In this document: piece by piece, positions 34,808 through 43,234 of the stretch | Layout: every line of letters starts with the position of its first letter | Numbering within the stretch: the first letter of the stretch is position 1 | Source: Planctomycetaceae bacterium | GTDB lineage: Bacteria > Planctomycetota > Planctomycetia > Pirellulales > Pirellulaceae | DNA length: 50,341 bases | Direction of reading: 5' to 3' | Assembly: GCA_024642765.1 (NCBI GenBank) | Contig: JAHEAM010000001.1 | Coordinates: forward strand, 1 to 50,341 | Position numbers and translations under genes: made by a program | Notes under the pieces: generated by a model | What the model saw: the letters and a program-made list of their open reading frames with translations, nothing else | What the model was told of the DNA's origin: nothing | The model's database searches: none

Positions 34808-35054
34808 AACAACAGCTTATCAGACAAATCGCCTTCAACGAACTACAACCTATTGCTTCGGTTAAAAAAAAAAATTCTGGTTGCTGTGAAGTCGCCGACT
34901 TTTTATGGCGATCAGTACGTTCGAGAAAAATCGACCGTTTTGAACAGGCAATTTTGACATTTCGAGATCGAAGCAATAAGTCGACGAGTTTTCAAGTAGG
35001 AGGAGAGAATAAATTTTCTCGAATAAAAAATGGCGATTTTGAAAACCAAAACGC

Positions 35055-35085
35055 TTGACATGTTTTTATCTAAGCGCAGAATAAT
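35055..35085 (+). promoter_or_regulatory. Sigma-70-like promoter candidate (TTGACA-N19-AATAAT)
   Basis: Perfect -35 hexamer at 35055-35060 and a 5/6 -10 match at 35080-35085. The 19-nt spacer is longer than optimal. Confidence 0.25.
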
Positions 35086-35186
35086 CCCCCACGCAAGTAA
35101 GTTGTGTTTGGCTTGTACACCTTAAAGTTGTTTTGAGACGAGATGGTTTAGAAGACTCCCAGCTGGGGGGTTAACTTAAACCGACA

Positions 35187-35235
35187 TCGAAGTTGAAAAG
35201 ATTCGAAGTTGAAAAGAAAAGTGAAGTCAAGATAA
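35187..35235. repeat. Tandem direct repeat, 16-nt unit, about 2.9 copies
   Basis: TCGAAGTTGAAAAGAT / TCGAAGTTGAAAAGAA / AAGTGAAGTCAAGAT (degenerate third copy). Confidence 0.8.
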
Positions 35236-35278
35236 GTATTTTGAAAATTGGGTGGCGGCGACTAAAAGGACGACTGTC

Positions 35279-35330
35279 GGCGGGGTTGCATCGCAGCCCT
35301 CGTGGATTGGATTCCTCACCCCGTTTTATT
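35279..35330 (+). terminator. Terminator-like hairpin plus T tract (weak)
   Basis: CGGGGT (35281-86) pairs with ACCCCG (35318-23), flanked by G.U pairs and followed by TTTTATTT. The interior loop is large (31 nt). Confidence 0.3.
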
Positions 35331-35340
35331 TCGAGTGCTT

Positions 35341-35406
35341 TGTTTAGCGTGCTTGGAACAAGCAAGCGGTCGGATTCGCAATTATTCAAAGGGCTTGCGC
35401 TAAACA
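35341..35406 (+). other. Predicted structured element: 9-bp long-range stem enclosing local hairpins
   Basis: TGTTTAGCG (35341-49) is complementary to CGCTAAACA (35398-406). On the + strand the stem can be extended by two U.G pairs. The inner hairpin is TGCTTG-gaa-CAAGCA, and CAAGC can alternatively pair with the downstream GCTTG (35393-97). Confidence 0.3.
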
Positions 35407-35479
35407 GGTTTCAAGAGGACACCTAAAAGAGGCACAGTTATTACCTGAGGGGGCACATTTTTTCGCCTGATCAGAATTC

Positions 35480-35514
35480 GCGGCATCGAGCATGAAGTTG
35501 GGTGCCGTTTTTTT
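35480..35514 (+). terminator. Terminator-like hairpin plus T7 tract
   Basis: GCGGCATC ... GGTGCCGT (5 Watson-Crick pairs plus wobble pairs, 13-17-nt loop) followed by seven Ts at 35508-35514. Confidence 0.35.
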
Positions 35515-35525
35515 GTCTCATATCG

Positions 35526-35547
35526 TTCCTAGGCAGCATGCTAGGAA
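35526..35547. promoter_or_regulatory. Inverted repeat upstream of folK
   Basis: TTCCTAG-gcagcatg-CTAGGAA has perfect 7-bp arms and lies ~50 nt upstream of the folK ATG. Confidence 0.3.
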
Positions 35548-35566
35548 TGTGAAATCTCTCAAGAAG

Positions 35567-35600
35567 ACAGCGTCCCCAGAATGACAGCGTCCCCAGAATG
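35567..35600. repeat. Perfect 17-nt tandem duplication spanning the folK start codon
   Basis: ACAGCGTCCCCAGAATG occurs twice (35567-35583 and 35584-35600). The second copy supplies the folK ATG (35598). Confidence 0.9.
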
Positions 35601-36413
35601 ATCAATGCCGTCGAGTGCTTGATTTCGTTTGGTGCCAACGAGGGTGACTTGTTGGCGACGCTTGAAACGGTCGTTGATCTGATGCCGAGGTTCGGATTTG
35701 AGTTTCGGTCTGTGAGCCGCCCTATTGTTACGGAGCCAATTGGTGGTCCGGCGGGGCAAGCGGTTTATGTGAACGCAGCAATTCGGGCGCAGTCACAATT
35801 GTCGGCAGACGACGGCATTGCCGGGCTCTTGGCACTCGAGGCAGCGATCGGGCGCGTGCGACAGGAACGGTGGGGGCCTCGAATCGTTGATTTGGATTTA
35901 TTGTTGCACGGTTCGTCGACTGTCCGCAGCGGTACGATTTGCGTGCCACATCCACGCATGACTTTCCGTCGTTTTGTTCTAGAACCAGCTGTCGAGATCG
36001 CCGCTGAAATGGTCCACCCGATCGCCAACGTTACTTTGGCGCAATTGTTGAACGCGTTAAACGATCGAGGTCCGGCGATTGGCGTGTGGATTGCAAACGA
36101 AAAACAGGCAATCGAGCTTTCGCGCAGTTTTGAACAATTGAAGCGCGAGAAACCGTTGCAAGTGCGGGGAGCGCAAGACGATTTTCCAGCTGCGAAAGTT
36201 GAAGCTTTTTCGATATTACCTGTTGCTTCGCTCGATGACGCTTCAGCGATTGCTCAGAATGTCCGGTTGATGATGTATTCGTCAGCGTGGGATGAACAGA
36301 TTTTCAACGTGGCATGTGGCCCGCTTTGGCGATTCGAATCGATTGAGGAAATCATGCGCGAGTTTTCTACGATCTTTGCGGCGATGGGGCATCAAGTTTC
36401 ATCGAAAGAATGA
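35598..36413 (+). CDS. folK: 2-amino-4-hydroxy-6-hydroxymethyldihydropteridine diphosphokinase (HPPK) with a ~110-aa C-terminal extension
   Basis: ISFGANEGD, YVNAAI, RWGPRIVDLDLLL and VPHPRMTFRRFVLEP are collinear with E. coli FolK (~160 aa). Residues ~160-271 have no recognisable motif. Confidence 0.8.
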   Translation: MINAVECLISFGANEGDLLATLETVVDLMPRFGFEFRSVSRPIVTEPIGGPAGQAVYVNAAIRAQSQLSADDGIAGLLALEAAIGRVRQERWGPRIVDLDLLLHGSSTVRSGTICVPHPRMTFRRFVLEPAVEIAAEMVHPIANVTLAQLLNALNDRGPAIGVWIANEKQAIELSRSFEQLKREKPLQVRGAQDDFPAAKVEAFSILPVASLDDASAIAQNVRLMMYSSAWDEQIFNVACGPLWRFESIEEIMREFSTIFAAMGHQVSSKE

Positions 36414-36622
36414 CGCTCAACGGTTGAGGCCGCTTGTTCGGGAAGTGGTCAGTAAATTTCAGCGCTGCAATGAGTCACTTCGATAAAAAATAGCCAAGTA
36501 GTGGCTCACGATTGATCCTGGGCAGTTCCTTGGTGTTTTCGTCGCGAAGGTGTTTCGCTAGAATCAAAAGTGTACTTAACCAACACCGCCTGTATCATCC
36601 ATCAAGGCCCAGGATTGGATCG

Positions 36623-38116
36623 ATGAATATTCTTTTTGCTGCAAGTGAAATTGAGCCCTTCGCCAAATCAGGTGGTTTAGCCGATGTATGTGGCACTCTG
36701 CCGCGAGAATTGGAAGCGGCCGGGCATGAGGTCGTCGTGTTCATGCCCGCGTATCGCTGCGTTCGCCGTTGCGAGCAGCCCATCACCCCGACGTCGATTG
36801 AACTCGCGGTGCCGGTTGGTTCAAAGTTGATTTCGGGTCGGTTACTGGAAAGTCGCCTGCCCAATAGCGATATCCCAGTTTATCTCGTTGAGCAGGCAGA
36901 CTATTTCGATCGCAACGAATTGTATGGCGAGAATGGCGAGAGCTATACCGATAACTGCGAACGTTTCGTGTTCTTTTGTCGGGCGGTGCTCGAAGCCGCG
37001 CGTTTGATGGAACTCGAAATCGACTTGGTTCATGCAAACGACTGGCAAACCGCGCTCTTACCCGTTTACCTTAATACCGAATTTTTGGACGCGCCACCAT
37101 TTACGGATGTCGCCACTCTGTTGACGATTCACAACTTGGCCTACCAGGGTCGCTTTTGGCATTGGGACATGCTACTGACTGGTTTGGACTGGAAGTATTT
37201 CAATTGGCGCCAAATGGAATTTTATGGTCAACTCAATTTGCTGAAGTCGGGAATCGCATTTGCAGACGCAATCAACACGGTCAGCCCAACTTATGCCACC
37301 GAAATTCAAGGCAGCGAACAAGGCTGCGGCCTAGAGGGAGCCCTGCAAGGTCGATCGAGTGACCTGTCAGGAATATTGAACGGAATCGATTCGCTTGTTT
37401 GGAATCCATCGCGTGATCCTTATTTGGCGATGAAATACACTGTCGCGAACTGGCGCGAGGGCAAGGCCCGCAATAAAGTCTCGTTGCAAAAACAGCTGGG
37501 CTTGCAGGTCAACGATTCGTTGCCAATGGTTGGTATCGTCGGCAGGTTGGCCAGCCAAAAAGGTTGGGACTTGATCTTGCCTGTCATGAAACAATGGCTC
37601 AAGACCATCGATGTCCAATGGGTTGTGCTCGGTACGGGACAACCTGAATACGAAACCGAATTATTGAATTTGCAGCACGCGCATCAGGATAAGTTCTCGA
37701 TGAATTTGCAGTTCAATGAAGGTCTAGCGCACATGATCGAGGCGGCATCGGATATGTTCTTGATGCCCTCTGAGTTTGAACCTTGTGGCCTGAACCAAAT
37801 GTACAGCATGGCCTACGGGTCAGTGCCGATCGTTCGTCGCACGGGCGGGCTTGCCGATACCGTCATCAATTGCAACGAGCGAAACTTGGACAATGGCACA
37901 GCAACGGGTTTTTCGTTTGGCCCTTTTCTTCCGCAGTCGTTGGAACAGGCGTTAGCCAAGGCCGTGTGTTGTTTTCAAAACGGACAAGCAACCTGGAACC
38001 TATTGGTCGAGAACGGAATGAAAAACGATTGGTCCTGGGCCGCCAGCACAGCACGCTACGTCGAATTGTACGAAAAAACATTGACACTCCGGCGACAAAC
38101 GCACCAACATGTTTGA
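36623..38116 (+). CDS. glgA: Glycogen synthase (ADP-glucose type, GT5)
   Basis: MNILFAASEIEPFAKSGGLADV, HANDWQTAL, NGID...WNP, RLASQKG, PSEFEPCGLNQMY. ATG at 36623 is preferred to 36512. Confidence 0.9.
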   Translation: MNILFAASEIEPFAKSGGLADVCGTLPRELEAAGHEVVVFMPAYRCVRRCEQPITPTSIELAVPVGSKLISGRLLESRLPNSDIPVYLVEQADYFDRNELYGENGESYTDNCERFVFFCRAVLEAARLMELEIDLVHANDWQTALLPVYLNTEFLDAPPFTDVATLLTIHNLAYQGRFWHWDMLLTGLDWKYFNWRQMEFYGQLNLLKSGIAFADAINTVSPTYATEIQGSEQGCGLEGALQGRSSDLSGILNGIDSLVWNPSRDPYLAMKYTVANWREGKARNKVSLQKQLGLQVNDSLPMVGIVGRLASQKGWDLILPVMKQWLKTIDVQWVVLGTGQPEYETELLNLQHAHQDKFSMNLQFNEGLAHMIEAASDMFLMPSEFEPCGLNQMYSMAYGSVPIVRRTGGLADTVINCNERNLDNGTATGFSFGPFLPQSLEQALAKAVCCFQNGQATWNLLVENGMKNDWSWAASTARYVELYEKTLTLRRQTHQHV

Positions 38117-38181
38117 ACATACGAATCTACTCTCAATGGCGTGATTAATCCGCTGTTGTTCCAATAATTCTTGGGTGACCC

Positions 38182-39165
38182 ATGTCCGACTTGCGATACG
38201 ATCCCCTTTTTGACTTGTGGGTCGCGATTGCCGAAAATCGTCGTGATCGTCCCATCGAGTTTGTTCCGATCGAGCAATCGTTTAAACAACTGATCTGCCC
38301 ATTTTGTGGAGGCAACGAAGAAGAAACGCCTCCCGAACTATTGCGACTCGGCCCAGAAGACAAATCTGTCGATCCCACGGGTTTGCAGTGGCATACTCGT
38401 GTGATCCCCAATAAATTTCCTACCTATTTTGGGAGCCAAGAAGAGGGCGTTGATTGCGGGCCCTACCAACATTCCTATTTGTCTGGCGACCAAGAACTGA
38501 TTATCCCCACACCACGACACGTCTTCAGTTTTTCCGATTTGACAATCGAAGAATTTGTTCTCGGTCTGCAAGCGGCCCAAATTCGAATGCAAAAAAAGGA
38601 ATCTGAAAGCCACATCAAGCACGCCATGCTTTTTGGCAATTGCCGCTCTGAGGCAGGAGCTTCTGTCGCGCACGTGCATTTTCAATTGATTGGCTCACCG
38701 TTAGTCAGCCCGATGATGGCAAGCCGGATGACAAGACTCGAGAACTTTCGGCATGAAAACGGGGTGTCGATGACCACTGCCATGCTGAATCATGAACTCA
38801 AACAACACGTTCGAATCGTCGCTGAAACAGATGATCTAGTGATGCTGTGTCCATACGCAAGTCGCTTTGCATTTCAAATATGGCTAATGCCGCGCAACGA
38901 TACAGTCGCATTCTCGAAGCTCGATCAGAACCAACTCCAACAGTTGTGCGAACTGAGCCAACGATATCTGCGAAGAGTTGAAGTTCTCCTAAGTGAACCG
39001 GCCTACAACTGGTTGCTTCATCAACCGCCCATGGGCGGTAATGAAAATCACTGGTTCGTGGAAATCATTCCACGTGTCGCAAAAACTGCTGGCTACGAAA
39101 TGGGAACGGATATCTGGATCAACCCCGTAGCCCCGGAAGTAGCAGCCCGACGCCTGCGAACCTAA
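38182..39165 (+). CDS. GalT-family (HIT superfamily) nucleotidyltransferase/phosphorylase: galactose-1-phosphate uridylyltransferase-like
   Basis: CPFCGGNEE zinc motif, VIPNKFP, and the active-site HVHFQL (HxHxQ). Starts 65 nt downstream of glgA. Confidence 0.8.
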   Translation: MSDLRYDPLFDLWVAIAENRRDRPIEFVPIEQSFKQLICPFCGGNEEETPPELLRLGPEDKSVDPTGLQWHTRVIPNKFPTYFGSQEEGVDCGPYQHSYLSGDQELIIPTPRHVFSFSDLTIEEFVLGLQAAQIRMQKKESESHIKHAMLFGNCRSEAGASVAHVHFQLIGSPLVSPMMASRMTRLENFRHENGVSMTTAMLNHELKQHVRIVAETDDLVMLCPYASRFAFQIWLMPRNDTVAFSKLDQNQLQQLCELSQRYLRRVEVLLSEPAYNWLLHQPPMGGNENHWFVEIIPRVAKTAGYEMGTDIWINPVAPEVAARRLRT

Positions 39166-39300
39166 AAACGAGCACCGATTGAATTGTTAGGGAGTCTCAC
39201 CTTTGGTTACAATTCAGCAAAGGTTTTCATTAACAGTTTCATGGTCGGGCGTTTGCTGGCATCAAAGGCCAGGCCAGACTTTTTAAAACATACTTTTGAC

Positions 39301-39951
39301 ATGAATATCGAACAAACCTCATCTGACCCAACCCTCTATTTCGATGACCGCGCGGGAAAACGGCGCTGTTGGTGGTGTTCGGTCGATCCGTTGTATGTTC
39401 AATATCACGACAATGAATGGGGTCAACCGTTATTCGATAATGTTCGACTCTACGAAAAAGTTTGCCTCGAAGGCTTTCAAGCGGGCTTGAGTTGGTGGAC
39501 CGTTCTGCGGAAACGCGAGTCGTTTCGCGACGCGTTCGATGGTTTCGACTTCGAACGTGTCGTGAGCTACAAACCCAACAAAGTCGAAAAGTTGCTTAAG
39601 AACGAAAAGATCATCCGGCATCGCGGCAAAATCGAAAGCACAATTAATAACGCCCGCCGCGCGATCGAAGCAATTGAAATGCACGGTTCGCTTGCTGCGT
39701 TGTTATGGCAATTTCGTCCGGTCAATCATCAACCACCGGTCGATCGAGCAACTATTCAAGCAACCACTCCGGAATCAACCGCTATGAGCAAGCACTTGCG
39801 AAAGATAGGTTGGACTTTTGTCGGCCCAACCACCTGTTATGCAATGATGCAATCGGTGGGAATGGTCAACGATCATTTGCCCGACTGCGCCTTGCGACGA
39901 AAAATCAAATCCGTTGGGAAACTCAGTGTTCGACTTGCGAGACTGACTTGA
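39301..39951 (+). CDS. tag: DNA-3-methyladenine glycosylase I
   Basis: RCWWCSVDPLYVQYHDNEWGQP, CLEGFQAGLSWWTVLRKRESFR and IIRHRGKIESTINNAR are collinear with E. coli Tag. ATG at 39301 is preferred to 39184. Confidence 0.9.
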   Translation: MNIEQTSSDPTLYFDDRAGKRRCWWCSVDPLYVQYHDNEWGQPLFDNVRLYEKVCLEGFQAGLSWWTVLRKRESFRDAFDGFDFERVVSYKPNKVEKLLKNEKIIRHRGKIESTINNARRAIEAIEMHGSLAALLWQFRPVNHQPPVDRATIQATTPESTAMSKHLRKIGWTFVGPTTCYAMMQSVGMVNDHLPDCALRRKIKSVGKLSVRLARLT

Positions 39952-39997
39952 AGGCCCGCGTTGGCTTTACGGATCTCCCCCTCATCTTGGAGCTCGC

Positions 39998-41248
39998 TCA
40001 AACCGAAATCGCTTGAGCGGGGACTGGGTATACTTGGCAGAGTTCGGAAACTTCTTTGCGAACGCGGGTCAGAACTTCTTCGTTGTCCACATTTTTTAGG
40101 ACCGTCAAGATCCATTGGCCCACATGCTTCATTTGTTCTGGACCCATCCCGCGTGTTGTGAGGGCAGGGGTGCCGATGCGAATTCCACTCGGATCCATCG
40201 GTTTTCGCTCATCATAAGGAATCATGTTTTTGTTGACGGTGATGCCGCAACGATCCAAAGTGATTTCCGCAATCTTTCCCCCGATGCCGAACGGTGTCAC
40301 GTCAACCAACATCAGGTGGTTGTCTGTTCCGCCAGAAATAAGTCGCAATCCGCCGGACATTAAGACTTCGGCGAGGGTTCGCGCATTGTCGATGACCGTT
40401 TGCGAATAGGTCTTGAAATCCGAACGCAATGCCTCGCCAAAGCACACAGCCTTGCCCGCGATCGCGTGCATGAGTGGTCCGCCTTGGCATCCTGGGAACA
40501 CGGTTCGATTCAGGTCTTTCGCGTATTTTTCTTTGGCCAGAATCAACCCGCCGCGCGGACCGCGCAGTGTTTTGTGTGTTGTCGTGGTTACAAAATCTGC
40601 AACTTCAACTGGGTTGTTATGCAAGCCAGCGGCGACCAGTCCGGCATAGTGCGCCATATCTACAAACAATTTTGCGCCCACTTCGTCAGCGATCTCGCGG
40701 AAGCGTTCGTGAGGAATTTCGCGCGGATAGGCGCTTGCTCCGGCGACGATCAATTTAGGTTTATATTCGCGGGCCAAACGGGAAACTTGGTCAAAGTCCA
40801 ATCGATGTGTATCGCGCGTCACGCCGTAATGATGAAAATTGTATAGCATTCCCGAGATGTTCAACTTCATGCCGTGCGTGAGGTGTCCGCCATGAGCCAA
40901 ATCCAGTCCCAGAATAGTATCGCCTGGTTTTACCAAGCTGAAATAGACCGCTTGATTTGCTTGCGAGCCGCTGTGCGGTTGAACGTTCGCGAATTCGGCG
41001 CCAAACAATTCCTTGGCTCGGTCAATTGCGATCTGCTCGATCTTGTCGACGACTTCGCAACCGCCATAGTAGCGTTTCCCGGGATAGCCTTCGGCATACT
41101 TGTTCGTGAGAATACTGCCAACGGCCTCCATCACCGCTGGGCTTGTGTAGTTTTCACTTGCGATCAATTCCAACCCATCAAATTGTCGATGAGCCTCTTC
41201 GTTGATCAATTCGAAAATTTCTGGATCGTGATTTGAGAGTATCGACAT
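39998..41248 (-). CDS. glyA: Serine hydroxymethyltransferase
   Basis: [37 protein letters not shown] and [13 protein letters not shown] (PLP lysine motif). ATG at 41248 is preferred to 41314. Confidence 0.95.
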   Translation of the reverse strand: MSILSNHDPEIFELINEEAHRQFDGLELIASENYTSPAVMEAVGSILTNKYAEGYPGKRYYGGCEVVDKIEQIAIDRAKELFGAEFANVQPHSGSQANQAVYFSLVKPGDTILGLDLAHGGHLTHGMKLNISGMLYNFHHYGVTRDTHRLDFDQVSRLAREYKPKLIVAGASAYPREIPHERFREIADEVGAKLFVDMAHYAGLVAAGLHNNPVEVADFVTTTTHKTLRGPRGGLILAKEKYAKDLNRTVFPGCQGGPLMHAIAGKAVCFGEALRSDFKTYSQTVIDNARTLAEVLMSGGLRLISGGTDNHLMLVDVTPFGIGGKIAEITLDRCGITVNKNMIPYDERKPMDPSGIRIGTPALTTRGMGPEQMKHVGQWILTVLKNVDNEEVLTRVRKEVSELCQVYPVPAQAISV

Positions 41249-41370
41249 AAATTTTTTTCTTGCAGCTAACGTCAATGAAAGACAAGCGGGGCGGGCATCG
41301 CTTAGGCCTAGCAATTTCGCACAGGCGCACGCCCAATGAAAATACGATTTTCGTTGCTAAGAACTGCTTG

Positions 41371-42987
41371 TCAATCGGCGTTCGACAAATCGATCTCGTA
41401 TTGTTCGATTTCGTCGCGGATCAATTCGAAAAGCGGCAAAAGGTCCTCGGCAAAGGTCTCCCAGCGCCCCAGTGAGGATTGATAAATAGGCTTTCGCACT
41501 TGAACCATACTCGCAGTGGTCACCGCCGATTGTGATTCATGGGGTCGCAAACACGAATCCGACCACGAGACTTGGGCCGCCGAGATAATCCGACGGATTT
41601 GCTGTTCGCCTTGAGAAACGAGGCGCTCGTAGAAAACTGGGACCATCCGGTCGGGCATTATCGATTGCCAGTGCTGTTGCAAACGAACGTGTTCTCGAAT
41701 CGTTTTGCCGATCCGCTCGAGCGTAGCAGTTTCCCATCGAAGCCGATCCGAGTCAAAAAACAAACTAAAGCTCGACAAGGCAATATCGCGCGGATCACGG
41801 CGGCAATAAAAGATCGGTGACTCCGGAAACGCTTGATGCGCGAATCCAAGATACTGAAAATTCTCTGGCATTTTGTCAACGACAAACGGCGCGCCTTGGC
41901 TAGAACTTGCGAGTAGCTGCAAATAGGAATCGCGAACTTTTGTGGCTTCTGCTACTCCAAACGACAAAGCTTTGTCGCTTTCCCAAATACTTGACCATGG
42001 CGCAACGCAATCCATCATCGCCGTCAATTCATCAGCATTTTGAATTTCGGGGTGACTACCCAAAATTTGCGCTACTAAACTCGTTCCGCTTCGTGGCAAG
42101 CCGACAACAAAAATAGGCTGCGGATGTGATGCCTTTCGGGGGGCAACGCAACTTACTTGCCGTTGATCGAAGAACCGCGAAAGGCGTTTAACAAAATTCG
42201 GCCGTTCGGCAAACGCGTCGCTGCATTCAGAGTCTAAAAGCTGCTGCGTCGCGCACGCATTGCCTTTTTCATAGTGCTTGAATGCTACATGAAACGCTTC
42301 GTGTTTCTCGAAATGAGACCCCAAAGCAAAATGGTAGCGAGCCATTCGTCCTAATTCGCTAGGCACGCCTGAAAAGGTCTGGGTCAACTGCTCGATGTAA
42401 GAAACCTGCTCTGACGATAACTCATACATGCCAGCCAAGGCTAACTTGCTCAGGTTGTAATAGATTGTCGGCTGATTGGGGTTGAATCCCAATGACACTT
42501 CGAAGGCTCGAATGGTTGAAGGAATATCGCCGATCGATTGAAACAAGAGTGCGACTTCGATCAATGTCGACTCGACTGCAAACTCTGCGTCGAGCGCCTT
42601 TTGAAAATGTTCCATCGCTTCGGCAGCCTGACCCAATCGAGCGAGCGAAACACCTCGTCGAAAGTGTGCCGCCGGAAATTCTGGGTCAATTTCCAAGGCT
42701 CGTGATGCAAATCGTTCGGCGTTGACAAAATCTGAACGCGAATGATGAATCGCTGCTAGATTCGAAAAGTACTCGGCATGTTCTTGGATTTTCAAGGCTC
42801 GTTCGATGTACAGTATGCCCTCCTCACTCTTTCCCGATTGGTGGGCAACCAAACCTGCTAGATGCCAGGCGTCTGAAAGGTTGGGTTGGGCTCGCAAGAT
42901 AGCGGCATAACCTTTGGCTGCCGTACCAAGATCGCCAATTTGATGGGCCTGAATCGAAGCTTGCAAGAGCTCGTTGATCGCTTCCAT
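41371..42987 (-). CDS. TPR repeat-containing sulfotransferase family protein
   Basis: N-terminal TPRs (AAKGYAAILRAQPNLSDAWHLAGL...). PAPS-binding 5'-PSB-like GLPRSGTSLVAQILGSHP, then RDPRDIALS (3'-PB-like). Confidence 0.8.
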   Translation of the reverse strand: MEAINELLQASIQAHQIGDLGTAAKGYAAILRAQPNLSDAWHLAGLVAHQSGKSEEGILYIERALKIQEHAEYFSNLAAIHHSRSDFVNAERFASRALEIDPEFPAAHFRRGVSLARLGQAAEAMEHFQKALDAEFAVESTLIEVALLFQSIGDIPSTIRAFEVSLGFNPNQPTIYYNLSKLALAGMYELSSEQVSYIEQLTQTFSGVPSELGRMARYHFALGSHFEKHEAFHVAFKHYEKGNACATQQLLDSECSDAFAERPNFVKRLSRFFDQRQVSCVAPRKASHPQPIFVVGLPRSGTSLVAQILGSHPEIQNADELTAMMDCVAPWSSIWESDKALSFGVAEATKVRDSYLQLLASSSQGAPFVVDKMPENFQYLGFAHQAFPESPIFYCRRDPRDIALSSFSLFFDSDRLRWETATLERIGKTIREHVRLQQHWQSIMPDRMVPVFYERLVSQGEQQIRRIISAAQVSWSDSCLRPHESQSAVTTASMVQVRKPIYQSSLGRWETFAEDLLPLFELIRDEIEQYEIDLSNAD

Positions 42988-43234
42988 TTGTAACCAGTCT
43001 CAATTGATTGCTATCGTTTCGTGAGCCACTCGCAACTCCTCGGCAGCTACTTCTAGATACGCTGCAGAGCGTTCCTGTCGTGGTTCCATCGTCCGACATT
43101 TCCGATGAGATTAGGACTTCATTCCCAATCCCGATTATTCGTCAGCAATCCTTCTATGCTGGCAAGTCCAATGCTAGTTACCGCGAGAGACTATAACGGT
43201 TATAACAAAGGCACTAGGTTCGATCGCATATCGT

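Noticed and set aside
35165-35335. tmRNA- or tRNA-like look of GGGGGGTTAAC...CGACATCGAAG at the 5' side and GGATTGGATTCC...CACCCCG at the 3' side
   Set aside because: I found no acceptor stem complementarity, no GGTTCGA-type T-arm with a matching stem, and no CCA-adjacent 3' end. No tag-peptide reading frame ending in a stop is in the right place, and the span is far too short for tmRNA. I kept it only as part of the generic structured-intergenic finding.
35171-35426. Two small ORFs (77 aa on the plus strand and 72 aa on the minus strand) in the def-folK intergenic region
   Set aside because: They overlap each other on opposite strands, have no Shine-Dalgarno sequence, and run through tandem repeats and hairpins. 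Their composition is implausible. The region is treated as non-coding.
39995-40019. 7-bp hairpin CGCTCAA-N11-TTGAGCG between tag and glyA as a bidirectional terminator
   Set aside because: It overlaps the last codons and stop of glyA and has no flanking T or A tract, so the evidence for termination is weak.
41249-41370. Possible ZTP (pfl) or other riboswitch upstream of glyA, because GGGCG...CCGCCCC segments are present
   Set aside because: The conserved ZTP elements (GGGUCGUG, CCGGG, 3' CCGCCUGGGC pseudoknot strand) are not present in the right order. There is only generic GC-rich complementarity.
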